Shown in pieces: positions 17,771 through 27,268 of a stretch of DNA of 45,904 bases. Within the stretch, counting starts at the first letter, position 1. Each line of letters starts with the position of its first letter. The position numbers and the translations under genes were made by a program. The notes under the pieces are model-generated. The model made no database searches. It was not told the origin of the DNA and saw only the letters and a program-made list of their open reading frames with translations. Source of the stretch: Nitrospirota bacterium (lineage in GTDB: Bacteria > UBA9089 > CG2-30-40-21 > SBAY01); the NCBI GenBank assembly GCA_043816605.1, contig JBDRHR010000102.1, positions 1-45,904 of the forward strand. Direction: 5' to 3'.

Positions 17771-19093
17771 TTAATTGCATATTTCTCCTCCCATCGCCTT
17801 CCTCAGACTAAAGATAGCCATTTGGTAATCATAGATTGCCTTAACATAATTGGTTTTGGCATTATTAAAAGAGGCTTGAGCATCTATAACCTCATAGATA
17901 GGGGCTACCCCTGACTTATACCTTCCCTGAGTGGACTCAAAACTCTCCTTTGTTTGTGCTACCTGTTTTTCGGTAGTTTCTATTACCTTCTTTTGCGACT
18001 TTACAGTCAAGTATGCCTTCTTCACCTCTAAGGCAATATCTTTTTTTGACTGGTCTGTATTACTTTTGGTGTTTGATAGATTAATATTAGCCTTTATTAC
18101 CTCTCTTTTTGATTTACCGGCATCAAAAATCGGGACACTTGCTTTTACGCCTATCTCCCAATCCGAAGCATTATCCCAATCATATTTATTATTGATGAAT
18201 TGGTCAACATCGGTATTGTAATTACCTTCCAAAGTGATATTTGGCAAAACCTCTTTCTGTTTCAATTTCAGGTTTATCTCATCTATCTTTAAATTGATTT
18301 CAGCCTTCTTTATTTCAGGATGATTTTTTAAGGCATAAGCCAAACATTCATCAAGGGTCATCTCTCCTGTCAGACTTATCTCTCCTGTCAGACTTATCTC
18401 TTCTGTCAGACTTGTCAGGCTTGTCAGATCTATTCCTAAACAATTATTGAGGTCAGACAGGGCTAAGGAAAGTGTATTCTCTGCAGAAATCATGTCCAAC
18501 TCGCTACTTCCTACCTCTACTTCGGCTTTAAGGATGTCGGATTTAGGAGCAACTCCTGCATCATATCTTGCCCTGGCTAAATTGAGGTGAGTTTGTGCCT
18601 GTTTTAAACCTTCGCCTTTTACCTTGAGCATCCCTTGTGCTTTCAGGAGTTCATAGTAGCTCTTGATTACCTCAAGGGTCATCTCATCCTGTATTTCCTG
18701 GAAATCTAACCGGGCAGATTCCAGACGGGCTTTAGCCTGCTTGATTTCGTTAGGTGTCTTCCCATTATCATAAAAAATCTCTGTCAGGGACAGGCTAACA
18801 TCATAATGGTTTTCTGTCCATTCTATTTTATCGTAGGTGTCATTAACCTTATAACCTGCAGTAGCATTTAATTTCGGAAGATACTTTGCCCTCACATCCT
18901 TCACCTCTAACTCTGCTGTATCCATGCTCCTTTTAGCTATCGTTATCTTTGATGAATTCTCTAATGCTATCTGAATACATTCTTTTAGGGTCAATGGTTT
19001 TTCGGTGTTTAAGGATGTCCCTTGCACATAGGTGCTTGAGAAAGTAAGTAAAAGGATGACAATTATTGACACGGATTTTGATAAACATCCCAT
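17771..19093 (-). CDS. TolC-family outer membrane efflux protein
   Basis: Two OEP repeats, RYDAGVAPKSD, RYKSGVAPIYEVIDAQ; start uncertain (19093-19120). Confidence 0.9.
   Translation of the reverse strand: MGCLSKSVSIIVILLLTFSSTYVQGTSLNTEKPLTLKECIQIALENSSKITIAKRSMDTAELEVKDVRAKYLPKLNATAGYKVNDTYDKIEWTENHYDVSLSLTEIFYDNGKTPNEIKQAKARLESARLDFQEIQDEMTLEVIKSYYELLKAQGMLKVKGEGLKQAQTHLNLARARYDAGVAPKSDILKAEVEVGSSELDMISAENTLSLALSDLNNCLGIDLTSLTSLTEEISLTGEISLTGEMTLDECLAYALKNHPEIKKAEINLKIDEINLKLKQKEVLPNITLEGNYNTDVDQFINNKYDWDNASDWEIGVKASVPIFDAGKSKREVIKANINLSNTKSNTDQSKKDIALEVKKAYLTVKSQKKVIETTEKQVAQTKESFESTQGRYKSGVAPIYEVIDAQASFNNAKTNYVKAIYDYQMAIFSLRKAMGGEICN
18358..18430. repeat. 18-bp x3 and 9-bp tandem repeats within tolC
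   Basis: tctctcctgtcagactta x~3 then gtcaggctt/gtcagatc; encodes LTSLTSLTEEISLTGEISLTGE. Confidence 0.75.
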
Positions 19094-19232
19094 GAAATCT
19101 TTTCCTCCTGATGGTAACATAGTGTATCAATAACCATTAAGGGTGCATGATACACACCATGATTAAACATAGTATATTTTAGACAGTCCACATATCCAAA
19201 AAGTTCCCTTTCAAGAAAAATTTCACACCTTT

Positions 19233-19835
19233 TCATTCCTTAATTACTCCCTTAAACCAAATTTCTAAGATGGTATCCAATTCATTAGTGAGTGGATAAT
19301 CCTTATCACTTATCAGCCATTTATAGATGATAGCATTAGTCAGCCCAATTAAGGCAAAAGCCGCACTTTGTGGATTGATATTTTTTATCACCCCTTTTTC
19401 TATGCCTTGAGTAAGCCCTTCTTCTAATAAGGATATATGGGGAAGATATGTCTCTCTAAATATTTTTTCAACCTCTTCTCTAAAGCCGGTCATTTCTTGA
19501 ATCAGGACACGATAGAATTCGCGGTGTGTCTCAAAAAATTTTAAATAGGTAGAAATTGCCCGGGTTGTTCGTTCAATCGGAGAATCAATATTCTTAATTG
19601 CCTCACCGATGCACTCCTTCATCTTAGAAATACCCCATTCTACCACGGCGAGGAATAATCCCTTTTTGCTTTCAAAATGGCGATATATAGTGCCTTTGCC
19701 TACTCCAGCTTTTATAGCCATCTCATCTACATCTGCTTTATGATAGCCATCCCTTGAAAAGACAGTCATAGCCGCTTGCAGGATTTGTTCAGTTCTTTCT
19801 TGTTTCTTAGAAGAGATATGTGTCTTCATAGTCAT
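19233..19835 (-). CDS. TetR/AcrR family transcriptional regulator
   Basis: AGVGKGTIYRHFESKKGLF helix-turn-helix; heads the efflux operon; start at 19835 or 19829. Confidence 0.92.
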   Translation of the reverse strand: MTMKTHISSKKQERTEQILQAAMTVFSRDGYHKADVDEMAIKAGVGKGTIYRHFESKKGLFLAVVEWGISKMKECIGEAIKNIDSPIERTTRAISTYLKFFETHREFYRVLIQEMTGFREEVEKIFRETYLPHISLLEEGLTQGIEKGVIKNINPQSAAFALIGLTNAIIYKWLISDKDYPLTNELDTILEIWFKGVIKE

Positions 19836-19846
19836 TCCCTTTAATA

Positions 19847-19904
19847 TAGAAAACGGACTTGTCCGTTCTATTTCAAGATTAACATAATTTTCCTGAATTG
19901 TCAA
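19847..19904 (-). promoter_or_regulatory. tetR promoter with a downstream palindromic operator candidate
   Basis: TTGACA (19904-19899), 17 nt, TAATCT (19881-19876); near-palindrome aacggacttgtccgtt just downstream. Confidence 0.6.
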
Positions 19905-19923
19905 GAAATTTTTTTGCATCAAT

Positions 19924-20159
19924 GTAATACATTCGTTATCAGGGGGTTATCATTGAAATTGTTCCGTTAGGAACAAAATATTGGTAGAAACAATAAACAT
20001 TGACAAACCAACAGTTCCGTTAGGAATAAGATATCGGTATAGGTAGAAACCTATATCATGCCTACGGCATTTGACATTTTGGGTGGTATCTTTTCTACCG
20101 ATATATTGTCCCTACGGGATTTTAACAGAAATTTACACCTAATAACTGTTAAGGATTAC
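19924..20159. repeat. GTAAT-ended wrapper enclosing four REP-like hairpins
   Basis: gtaatacattcgttatcagggg ... cctaataactgttaaggattac; hairpins gttccgttaggaac (19961), gttccgttaggaat (20014), atgcctacggcat (20058), gtccctacgggat (20108). Confidence 0.7.
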
Positions 20160-20215
20160 GACCTCCATCAATTTTCACTTGACATTTTTAATATTTTATG
20201 ATAAGTTGTTAAGTA

Positions 20216-20358
20216 TAATTATCAATTATCAATTATCAATTATCAATTGTTAATTGTAAGAAAGGGAGGGACATAAGGGATAAAAGGTAATCAGTGAGCG
20301 GTGAGCAGGTAATTGGTTCTGCATCCAACATACTGATTACCAATTACCAATTACTAAT
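20216..20358. repeat. Two adjacent heptamer elements (AATTATC array; GGTAATC/ATTACC inverted repeat)
   Basis: aattatc x4 then aattgttaattgtaa; ggtaatcagtgagcggtgagcaggtaattgg / ctgattaccaattaccaattac. Confidence 0.7.
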
Positions 20359-20374
20359 TAAGGAAATATATTTT

Positions 20375-22414
20375 ATGGAACTCAATGTGTCCCTTGGTGT
20401 AAGTGCATTTTTAGCCGGAGTGACTAATCTTTTCCTGGTAGGACTTGTTTTTTTTAGTGGAAGAAAATCCAGGATAAATAATATCTTAATCCTCAATGGA
20501 ATAATTTTGGCACTCTGGAATTTTGTCTCTCTGGGGGTATATTTTTCTTTAAGTGTAGCTTGGGCATTGATCTGGTTAAAATTCTATTACATAAGTTTAG
20601 TCTTTATCCCATCTGTCTTCTTTCATTTGGTGTCAGTTACTATTGCCGACCATCGATTGATGACTAAAAGACTTTGCCAGAGTGGGTATTTTTTAAGTTA
20701 TCTCTTTCTTATTCTAAGTGCAATAGGGGGAATGAGTCATGATGTTAACTATACTCAAGGTTGTTATTATCCCATAGGGGGCGGAGGTGATATTTTATTC
20801 TTTAGTTTCTTTATATTAGCTGGAGTTTATAGCCTTTTGACTTTAGCTCATAGAAAAGGGACAACCACTAATATTATTGAAAAAAGACATTTGCAATGGT
20901 TATTTCTGGGAGGATATATTAATATCTTAGGCATAAGTAGTAATTTACTTTGTCTTGTTAATAATAAGATATATCCGCTGGGGCATTTAGCCTGTGCTAT
21001 TTATCCTTTAATAATTGGTTATGGTATTGTCAGGCATAGATTGATTACGCTTGAAACTAAAGAGATTGAGATTTCTGGAAGGAAATTTATTTATCTGGGA
21101 TTAAGTTCAATTCTATTCGTTTTGTTTTTGGTAAGCCTTTTAACCCTTGAGACAATGTTTAGAAGACTAATAGGTTATAATTCACTTTTACCGGCTATAT
21201 TAATTATTATGATATTGACTTTCCTTTTTCAGTTCGGGCGAGAGAAGATTCAAACATTAATTGATAAATATTTCTTTTTTGAAAGACTTAATCAAGAGCA
21301 GATGGTTAAAGACATCAGCCGTAAAATAACCTCTATTTTTGATAAGGAGATATTATTAGATATCTTTTTAAATTCTATAGTAAATAGAATGCATATTCGT
21401 AATGCTTGTGTGATTTTATTCGATGAATTCACCCAGATGGCTCAGGTAAGTCGAGCAGTCGGGCTCGATATAATAAAAAGAAAGATAATGAAATTTAATA
21501 GTGATTCAGGACTAATTCATCGCCTGATGCAAACTAAAATGCCGATTATCAAGGAAAAAGAAGAAAATAGTCCCGGCAACTACCAGCGTGAGATAAAAAA
21601 AGACTTTGAAGGATTAAATGCAATAATTTGTATCCCTTTAACCTGCAAGGATAAGTTGTTAGGGATGTTAGCCATAGGAGAAAAGCTCTCTTTAGAACCA
21701 TATAAAAAAGAAGAAATAGAGATACTTTCAATCCTATGTAATGAAGCAGGGGTAGCTATTGAAAATGCGCATCTTTATCATGAAAAGATGCGCCAACTTT
21801 TGAATACTATTCAATCATTATTAGTCGCAGCAGAGGCAAAAGACCCCTATATCCATGGGCATTGTGAGCGGGTAGCCGACTATTCGGCTAAAATTGCACA
21901 AGAACTTGGGTTAGATGCAGAAAATGTAGAAACAACTAAAATAACCGCCTTCTTACATGATTTAGGTAATATTGGTGTCTCAAATCAAATACTTCATAAA
22001 AAAGGCAGGCTAACTATAGAAGAGTTTGAAAATGTCAAGAGACATACAGCCATCGGAGCAAAAATTCTGGAACCAATTTGTTCTAAAAAAGAGATTATTG
22101 AAGGGATAAAATTTCATCATGAAAGAATGGATGGCAGTGGTTATCCATGGGCTTTAAATGATAAAATGGTCCCTTTAATTGCTAAAATTATTACCGTAGC
22201 GGATGTCTATGATGCTATGACTTCAACTCGACCTTATCGGAAGGCATTTACCCCGGAAGATGCCATATCAGAACTTAAAAGAGGTTGTGGCTATGAATTT
22301 GATGGTAAAGTGGTATCTGCATTTATTAAGGCATTAAACAAAGATTTTAATAGAAAAAGAATATTACGGAATGAAAGCAGAACACAGAGCACAGAACACA
22401 GAATACAAATTTAA
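20375..22414 (+). CDS. Membrane (7TM-type sensor) - GAF - HD-GYP cyclic dinucleotide phosphodiesterase
   Basis: Multiple N-terminal TM segments; IPLTCKDKLLGMLAIG GAF; AKDPYIHGHCERV, HDLG, HHERMDGSGYP, RPYR. Confidence 0.9.
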   Translation: MELNVSLGVSAFLAGVTNLFLVGLVFFSGRKSRINNILILNGIILALWNFVSLGVYFSLSVAWALIWLKFYYISLVFIPSVFFHLVSVTIADHRLMTKRLCQSGYFLSYLFLILSAIGGMSHDVNYTQGCYYPIGGGGDILFFSFFILAGVYSLLTLAHRKGTTTNIIEKRHLQWLFLGGYINILGISSNLLCLVNNKIYPLGHLACAIYPLIIGYGIVRHRLITLETKEIEISGRKFIYLGLSSILFVLFLVSLLTLETMFRRLIGYNSLLPAILIIMILTFLFQFGREKIQTLIDKYFFFERLNQEQMVKDISRKITSIFDKEILLDIFLNSIVNRMHIRNACVILFDEFTQMAQVSRAVGLDIIKRKIMKFNSDSGLIHRLMQTKMPIIKEKEENSPGNYQREIKKDFEGLNAIICIPLTCKDKLLGMLAIGEKLSLEPYKKEEIEILSILCNEAGVAIENAHLYHEKMRQLLNTIQSLLVAAEAKDPYIHGHCERVADYSAKIAQELGLDAENVETTKITAFLHDLGNIGVSNQILHKKGRLTIEEFENVKRHTAIGAKILEPICSKKEIIEGIKFHHERMDGSGYPWALNDKMVPLIAKIITVADVYDAMTSTRPYRKAFTPEDAISELKRGCGYEFDGKVVSAFIKALNKDFNRKRILRNESRTQSTEHRIQI

Positions 22415-22449
22415 TTATCTGTGTTCTGTGCTCTGTGTTCTGTACTCTG
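22378..22449. repeat. CACAGAR heptamer inverted repeat across the HD-GYP stop codon
   Basis: cagaacacagagcacagaacacaga / tctgtgttctgtgctctgtgttctg. Confidence 0.85.
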
Positions 22450-22466
22450 ATAAAAGGAGTTTTTAA

Positions 22467-22652
22467 ATGAAAAGATGTTGCGAAATTAGAGGGTGTCCGG
22501 CAAGCCATTATTTAAATTGTGCGGCTTATCGTCAGGAACTTAATTGCTGGGAAGTTCCTCAGATACCCTGCTGTAAAAGGAATGATAAAGAAAGATGCCC
22601 ACAGTGTCCGATATATCAAACAGCAGTGGGTAAAGAAGACCATAGACATTAG
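22467..22652 (+). CDS. Small cysteine-rich protein (two-CW-domain-like)
   Basis: AAGGAG ribosome-binding site; CCEIRGC...CAAY...CWE...CC...CPQCPIY. Confidence 0.65.
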   Translation: MKRCCEIRGCPASHYLNCAAYRQELNCWEVPQIPCCKRNDKERCPQCPIYQTAVGKEDHRH

Positions 22653-22661
22653 ATTTTAGGA

Positions 22662-22733
22662 CGGTAATCGGTGAGAGGTAATCAGGTTATCGGTGAGGAA
22701 AACGCAATAATCGGTTGTCACCAATTACCGATT
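22662..22733. repeat. GGTAATC-family degenerate inverted repeat
   Basis: ggtaatcggtgagaggtaatcaggttatcgg / caccaattaccgatta. Confidence 0.55.
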
Positions 22734-22749
22734 AAGGATAAGGAAATAA

Positions 22750-23187
22750 ATGCTAAAAAAAATACTTTTGAGTTGTTGCTTAATACTCTCTTTAACAAGT
22801 CCTGCCTTTGGATTAAATGAAGGTGTTGACGATACAGATTGGGTAATATGTAAGCCTGTCCCACCCAAAGTATTTCCACTAAATGGTAATCTTAAAACGG
22901 TATTTACCTATATCATAACTTACACTGACCCGGAAGGAGCACCACCAAACTTTATTGAGGTCTGGATTGATGATAAAATATATCCTATGGAAAAGGTTGC
23001 TATCTTAGCTAATAATTATGCTGAGGGTGTTACTTATCAATACAAAACTAAACTTTCACCAGGAACTCACAAATATTCCTTTGCGACATCAGATGGGATT
23101 ATTAAAGTTAAAACACCTACTTTTAGTGGACCAATAGTGATGGAAGAAGACTATCCATATCCGGCTAAGGTAACTATAGGAAATTAA
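22750..23187 (+). CDS. Secreted hypothetical protein (beta-sandwich-like)
   Basis: Signal peptide ending PAFG; YTDPEGAPP...GTHKYSFATSDG. Confidence 0.7.
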   Translation: MLKKILLSCCLILSLTSPAFGLNEGVDDTDWVICKPVPPKVFPLNGNLKTVFTYIITYTDPEGAPPNFIEVWIDDKIYPMEKVAILANNYAEGVTYQYKTKLSPGTHKYSFATSDGIIKVKTPTFSGPIVMEEDYPYPAKVTIGN

Positions 23188-23290
23188 AAATTATGAATTA
23201 AAAATTAAAAATTGAGGAAAGAGAAAATAATTCATATTTTTTATTCTCTTACTCTTCAATTTTTAATTTTTAATTCATAATTTTTAATTT
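23182..23290. repeat. AATTAAA heptamer inverted repeat element supplying the upstream stop codon
   Basis: aattaaaaattatgaattaaaaattaaaaattga / tcaatttttaatttttaattcataatttttaatt. Confidence 0.85.
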
Positions 23291-23311
23291 CCTAATATTA
23301 AGGAGTAATGA

Positions 23312-24388
23312 ATGGATTTTACATTTGATAACCTATTGCAAGAGATGGTAAAAGAAGGTGGCTCTGACTTACATATTCGTGTAGGAGAACCACCATTTTT
23401 CAGGATAAATGGGAATTTGATTCGCTCAACTAAATTTCCAACATTATCTAATGAAGAGGCTAAAAAGTTATTATACAGTATCTTAAGTGAGGAACGAAGA
23501 ATAAAATTTGAGGAAACCCTTGAGTTAGACCTATCTTATACCATTCCTGATATAGCCAGATTTAGAGTCAATATCTTTCAACAAAGGAATTGTATAGGTG
23601 CGGCTATTCGAATGATACCTATAAAAATCCAGACTGTTGACGAATTAGAATTACCTCAGGTATTTAAACAACTTGCCTTACTTCCACGAGGATTTATATT
23701 AGTTACAGGACCTACCGGCAGTGGTAAATCAACAACCTTGGCCGCTATGATTGACCATATAAATACTAATAAAAAGGGAAATATAATAACTATTGAAGAC
23801 CCCATAGAATTTGTTCACGCAGATAAATTAAGTGTTGTTAACCAACGGGAGGTAGGTGTTGATGCTCTATCTTTTGGAGATGCCTTAAAACATGTTATGC
23901 GTCAAAATCCTGATGTTGTTTTAGTAGGTGAGATGCGAGATTTGGAAACTGTTTCCTCGGCTATTACTGCGGCTGAAACAGGCGTTTTAGTCTTTGCTAC
24001 ATTACATACCAATAATGCCGTTCAAACCATAGATAGAATCATAGATGTTTTCCCTGTTGAACAGCATGAACAGGTTAGACTTCAATTATCCGTAAATTTA
24101 CAAGCTATTATTTCACAAACTATAATTCCAAGATCTGATGGTAAGGGAAGAGCAGTAGCATTTGAAATTATGATTGCTATCCCTTCCATAAAAAGTCTAA
24201 TTAGGGAAGGGAAGGCACATCAAATGTATACTATTATTCAAGCCAGTGGTGGATATGGCATGCGAACATTGGATAGTGACCTCTTAGAGTTAGTGAAAAA
24301 TAATCTGATTAGTTATGAAGAGGCATTAGCCAGGGCACCAAATCCAAAGGAATTTGAACAAAGGATAAGTAGAATTCGAGCAATGTAA
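23312..24388 (+). CDS. pilT: Type IV pilus retraction ATPase
   Basis: SDLHI, GPTGSGKSTT, TIEDPIE, GEMRD, TLHT, SIKSLIRE. Confidence 0.92.
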   Translation: MDFTFDNLLQEMVKEGGSDLHIRVGEPPFFRINGNLIRSTKFPTLSNEEAKKLLYSILSEERRIKFEETLELDLSYTIPDIARFRVNIFQQRNCIGAAIRMIPIKIQTVDELELPQVFKQLALLPRGFILVTGPTGSGKSTTLAAMIDHINTNKKGNIITIEDPIEFVHADKLSVVNQREVGVDALSFGDALKHVMRQNPDVVLVGEMRDLETVSSAITAAETGVLVFATLHTNNAVQTIDRIIDVFPVEQHEQVRLQLSVNLQAIISQTIIPRSDGKGRAVAFEIMIAIPSIKSLIREGKAHQMYTIIQASGGYGMRTLDSDLLELVKNNLISYEEALARAPNPKEFEQRISRIRAM

Positions 24389-24395
24389 TAGGTAA

Positions 24396-24485
24396 ATAGA
24401 CTGTAGGCTATTAGGCTGAAGGCTGTTAGGTTAGGCATGCATAATTTCCTCCTACAGTCTAATAGCCTACAGCCTAACAGCCTAT
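24396..24485. repeat. AGGCTG(T/A)-family inverted repeat element
   Basis: agactgtaggctattaggctgaaggctgttagg / cctacagtctaatagcctacagcctaacagcct. Confidence 0.85.
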
Positions 24486-24501
24486 CCATTACGAGGTAAT
24501 T

Positions 24502-25566
24502 ATGAATATTAATGAATTATTAGAGATTGCGATTAAAACCAATGCCTCAGATTTACATCTGAAGGTTGGCATTCCTCCATTACTCAGGGTATATGGGGAT
24601 TTAGTAGCTATGGAAAGTCTTCCGCCACTTACTGCGGCAGATACTAAAAATTTAGCTTATAATATGCTTTCGCAGGACCAGCAACGCAAATTTGAACAGG
24701 AATTTGGGATTGATATAAGTTATGAGATACCTGATTTAGCCCGATTTAGAACCCATATCTTTCAACAACGCGAAATGGTTGGAATAGTTTGTCGGGTTAT
24801 CCCATTAAAGGTTCCAACTATAGAAGAATTGGGGCTTCCAGAGATTTGTAAAGAATTTTGTAAGAGACCAAGAGGGCTTATATTAATTACCGGGTCGGCA
24901 GGTGCAGGGAAAACGACTACTCAATCGGCTATAATTAATCACATTAATGAGAATTTCCCAATCCATGTGATGACTATTGAAGACCCTATTGAATTTACCC
25001 ATGAATGTAAAAAAGCACTTGTCAACCAAAGACAATTAGAAAGGGATACCTTATCTTTCAGTGAGGCATTAAAACATGTATTCAGGGAGGACCCGGATGT
25101 TATTTTAATAGGTGAGATGCGGGATTTGGAAACGATACAATTAGCTGTTACAGCCGCAGAGACAGGACATTTAGTGCTCGGCACACTACATACGACTGAT
25201 ACGGTTTCAACTATTGATAGAATAGTTGATGTTTTCCCTCCTCATCAACAACCTCAGGTCCGTTCTCAATTAACGGTTAATTTAATTGGCGTTATTTCAC
25301 AACTTTTGATTAAAAAATTTGATGGAACAGGACGAATAGCCGCCTTTGAAATATTAGTTGCCGTGCCGGCAGTCAGGGCATTGATTCGTGAATCTAAAAC
25401 CTACCAGATACCTTCAGTGCTTCAAACAGGTAGGAAGCAGGGAATGATAAGTATGGATCAATCTTTAGTAGAATTAGTGGCTAAAAAAATCGTCTCTTAC
25501 GATGAGGCATTATCAAAGGCAATTAATCCGAGAGAATTTAGAGATTTGGTAGGGAAACAGGGGTAA
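24502..25566 (+). CDS. Second PilT/PilU-family ATPase
   Basis: ASDLHL, GSAGAGKTT, TIEDPIE, GEMRD, AVRALIRE. Confidence 0.9.
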   Translation: MNINELLEIAIKTNASDLHLKVGIPPLLRVYGDLVAMESLPPLTAADTKNLAYNMLSQDQQRKFEQEFGIDISYEIPDLARFRTHIFQQREMVGIVCRVIPLKVPTIEELGLPEICKEFCKRPRGLILITGSAGAGKTTTQSAIINHINENFPIHVMTIEDPIEFTHECKKALVNQRQLERDTLSFSEALKHVFREDPDVILIGEMRDLETIQLAVTAAETGHLVLGTLHTTDTVSTIDRIVDVFPPHQQPQVRSQLTVNLIGVISQLLIKKFDGTGRIAAFEILVAVPAVRALIRESKTYQIPSVLQTGRKQGMISMDQSLVELVAKKIVSYDEALSKAINPREFRDLVGKQG

Positions 25567-25617
25567 AAAAGTGAAAAGTTGAAAGTTGAAAGTTAAAAGT
25601 AGGTAAGAGGATTTTAA

Positions 25618-26616
25618 ATGGAAAATATATATTTAGATTTTGAGCGACCAATTGAAGAGTTAGAAAATAAAATAGCAGAATTAACAAATCCTGGCGAAGA
25701 AAAAGTGGATTCAGATGTCTCTAACCAGATTAAAGAGTTAGAAAAACAGGCAAACATACTGAGGAACAAGATATTTGCCAATCTTACTCCATGGCAAGTA
25801 ACTCAATTAGCCCGCCATTCACAAAGACCGGGAACAATAGACTATATTTCTAAAATCTTTACCAACTTTATTGAATTACACGGGGATAGAAGATACGCAG
25901 ATGACTCAGCGATAATTGCTGGAATTGCCTCTTTAGATAAGCAAACGGTTTTTATCATTGGACATCAAAAAGGTAAAGATACCAAGAGTAACCTGCGATA
26001 TAACTTCGGCATGCCTCATCCGGAAGGATACCGCAAGGCATTACGAGTAATGAAATTAGCTGAAAAATTCAAGAAACCACTCATCACCTTTATTGATACC
26101 CCCGGGGCTTACCCCGGCATAGGGGCAGAAGAAAGAGGTCAAGGTGATGCTATTGCCCAAAATTTATTTACCCTTTCCCAACTTAAAACCCAAATTATTG
26201 TCACTATTATCGGTGAAGGTGGAAGTGGTGGGGCATTAGCCATAGGAGTAGGGGATAAGATTTTAATGTTAGAAAATGCGGTTTATTCTGTTATCTCACC
26301 GGAAGGTTGTGCCGCTATTCTATGGGAAGACAAGAAAAAGGTAGCCGAGGCCGCCTCGACTCTTCGACTAACCGCTAAAGACCTTTTAGAATTAGAGGTT
26401 ATTGATGAGATTATCCCTGAACCGGCAGGTGGGGCACACCGCAATATAGAGGAGATATGTCGGACGCTTAAAAAGGGATTAATCAAATCTCTTGCTGAGA
26501 TTCAAAAACATAATTCTTCAACAATTGTTTTGAAACGCTATAAAAAATTTCGTAAGATGGGAAGGTTTATTGAAAAAGATTTAGAAAAAAACATTGACAA
26601 TGAAGAGAAAATATGA
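25618..26616 (+). CDS. accA: Acetyl-CoA carboxylase carboxyltransferase alpha subunit
   Basis: FGMPHPEGYRKA, DTPGAYPG, GEGGSGGAL, VISPEGCA. Confidence 0.96.
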   Translation: MENIYLDFERPIEELENKIAELTNPGEEKVDSDVSNQIKELEKQANILRNKIFANLTPWQVTQLARHSQRPGTIDYISKIFTNFIELHGDRRYADDSAIIAGIASLDKQTVFIIGHQKGKDTKSNLRYNFGMPHPEGYRKALRVMKLAEKFKKPLITFIDTPGAYPGIGAEERGQGDAIAQNLFTLSQLKTQIIVTIIGEGGSGGALAIGVGDKILMLENAVYSVISPEGCAAILWEDKKKVAEAASTLRLTAKDLLELEVIDEIIPEPAGGAHRNIEEICRTLKKGLIKSLAEIQKHNSSTIVLKRYKKFRKMGRFIEKDLEKNIDNEEKI

Positions 26617-26670
26617 TAAATTTATATAAGTCCTATAAGACCTATAATTTTAAAAAGGAGGATTTGAAAA

Positions 26671-27204
26671 GTGAATATTTCTATAACGGCAAGACATATA
26701 GAAGTAACCGATTCTGTAAAGGAGTATTTAGAAAAACGGTTAAATAAGTTAAAAAAGTATTTTAAAAAAGAGGTAAATATCCATGTGGTTTTTGCCGCAG
26801 AAAAAGAGCGACGAAGTATCGAGGTTGACATTAATTACAATGGTAATATTCTTCACAGTGAAGTAACTACCCAGGATATTCATACCTCTATTGATCAGGT
26901 GGTTGAGAAATTAGAACGCCAGGTTAAAAAATGTAAAGACAAAATCCAGGGGAAAAACAAAATATTGTCAACGAGGCAAGCCTCTAAAATAACGGAAGGA
27001 ATAGGTCTCAGTTCAACAGAGGATATAAAGAAGATAAAACGGAAAAAATTAACACTTAAACCTCTTGAGTTAGCTGATGCTATTCTTCAATTAGAGAGAA
27101 CCAAGGCAGGATTTTTAGTATTTACTGATGCCCAAACTGATAAGGTAAATGTCCTTTATCAATGTAATGATGGAAATTATGGGTTAATAGAAACAGGAAG
27201 GTAA
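26671..27204 (+). CDS. hpf: Ribosome hibernation promoting factor (long HPF/RaiA)
   Basis: ITARHIEVTDSVKEY...KLERQVKK plus C-terminal FLVF..NVLY..DGNYGLIE domain. Confidence 0.9.
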   Translation: MNISITARHIEVTDSVKEYLEKRLNKLKKYFKKEVNIHVVFAAEKERRSIEVDINYNGNILHSEVTTQDIHTSIDQVVEKLERQVKKCKDKIQGKNKILSTRQASKITEGIGLSSTEDIKKIKRKKLTLKPLELADAILQLERTKAGFLVFTDAQTDKVNVLYQCNDGNYGLIETGR

Positions 27205-27268
27205 TATTTAAAAATAGGTCATATAAGACTTATATGACCTATTTTTAATTTACAAGGAGGATAAATCA

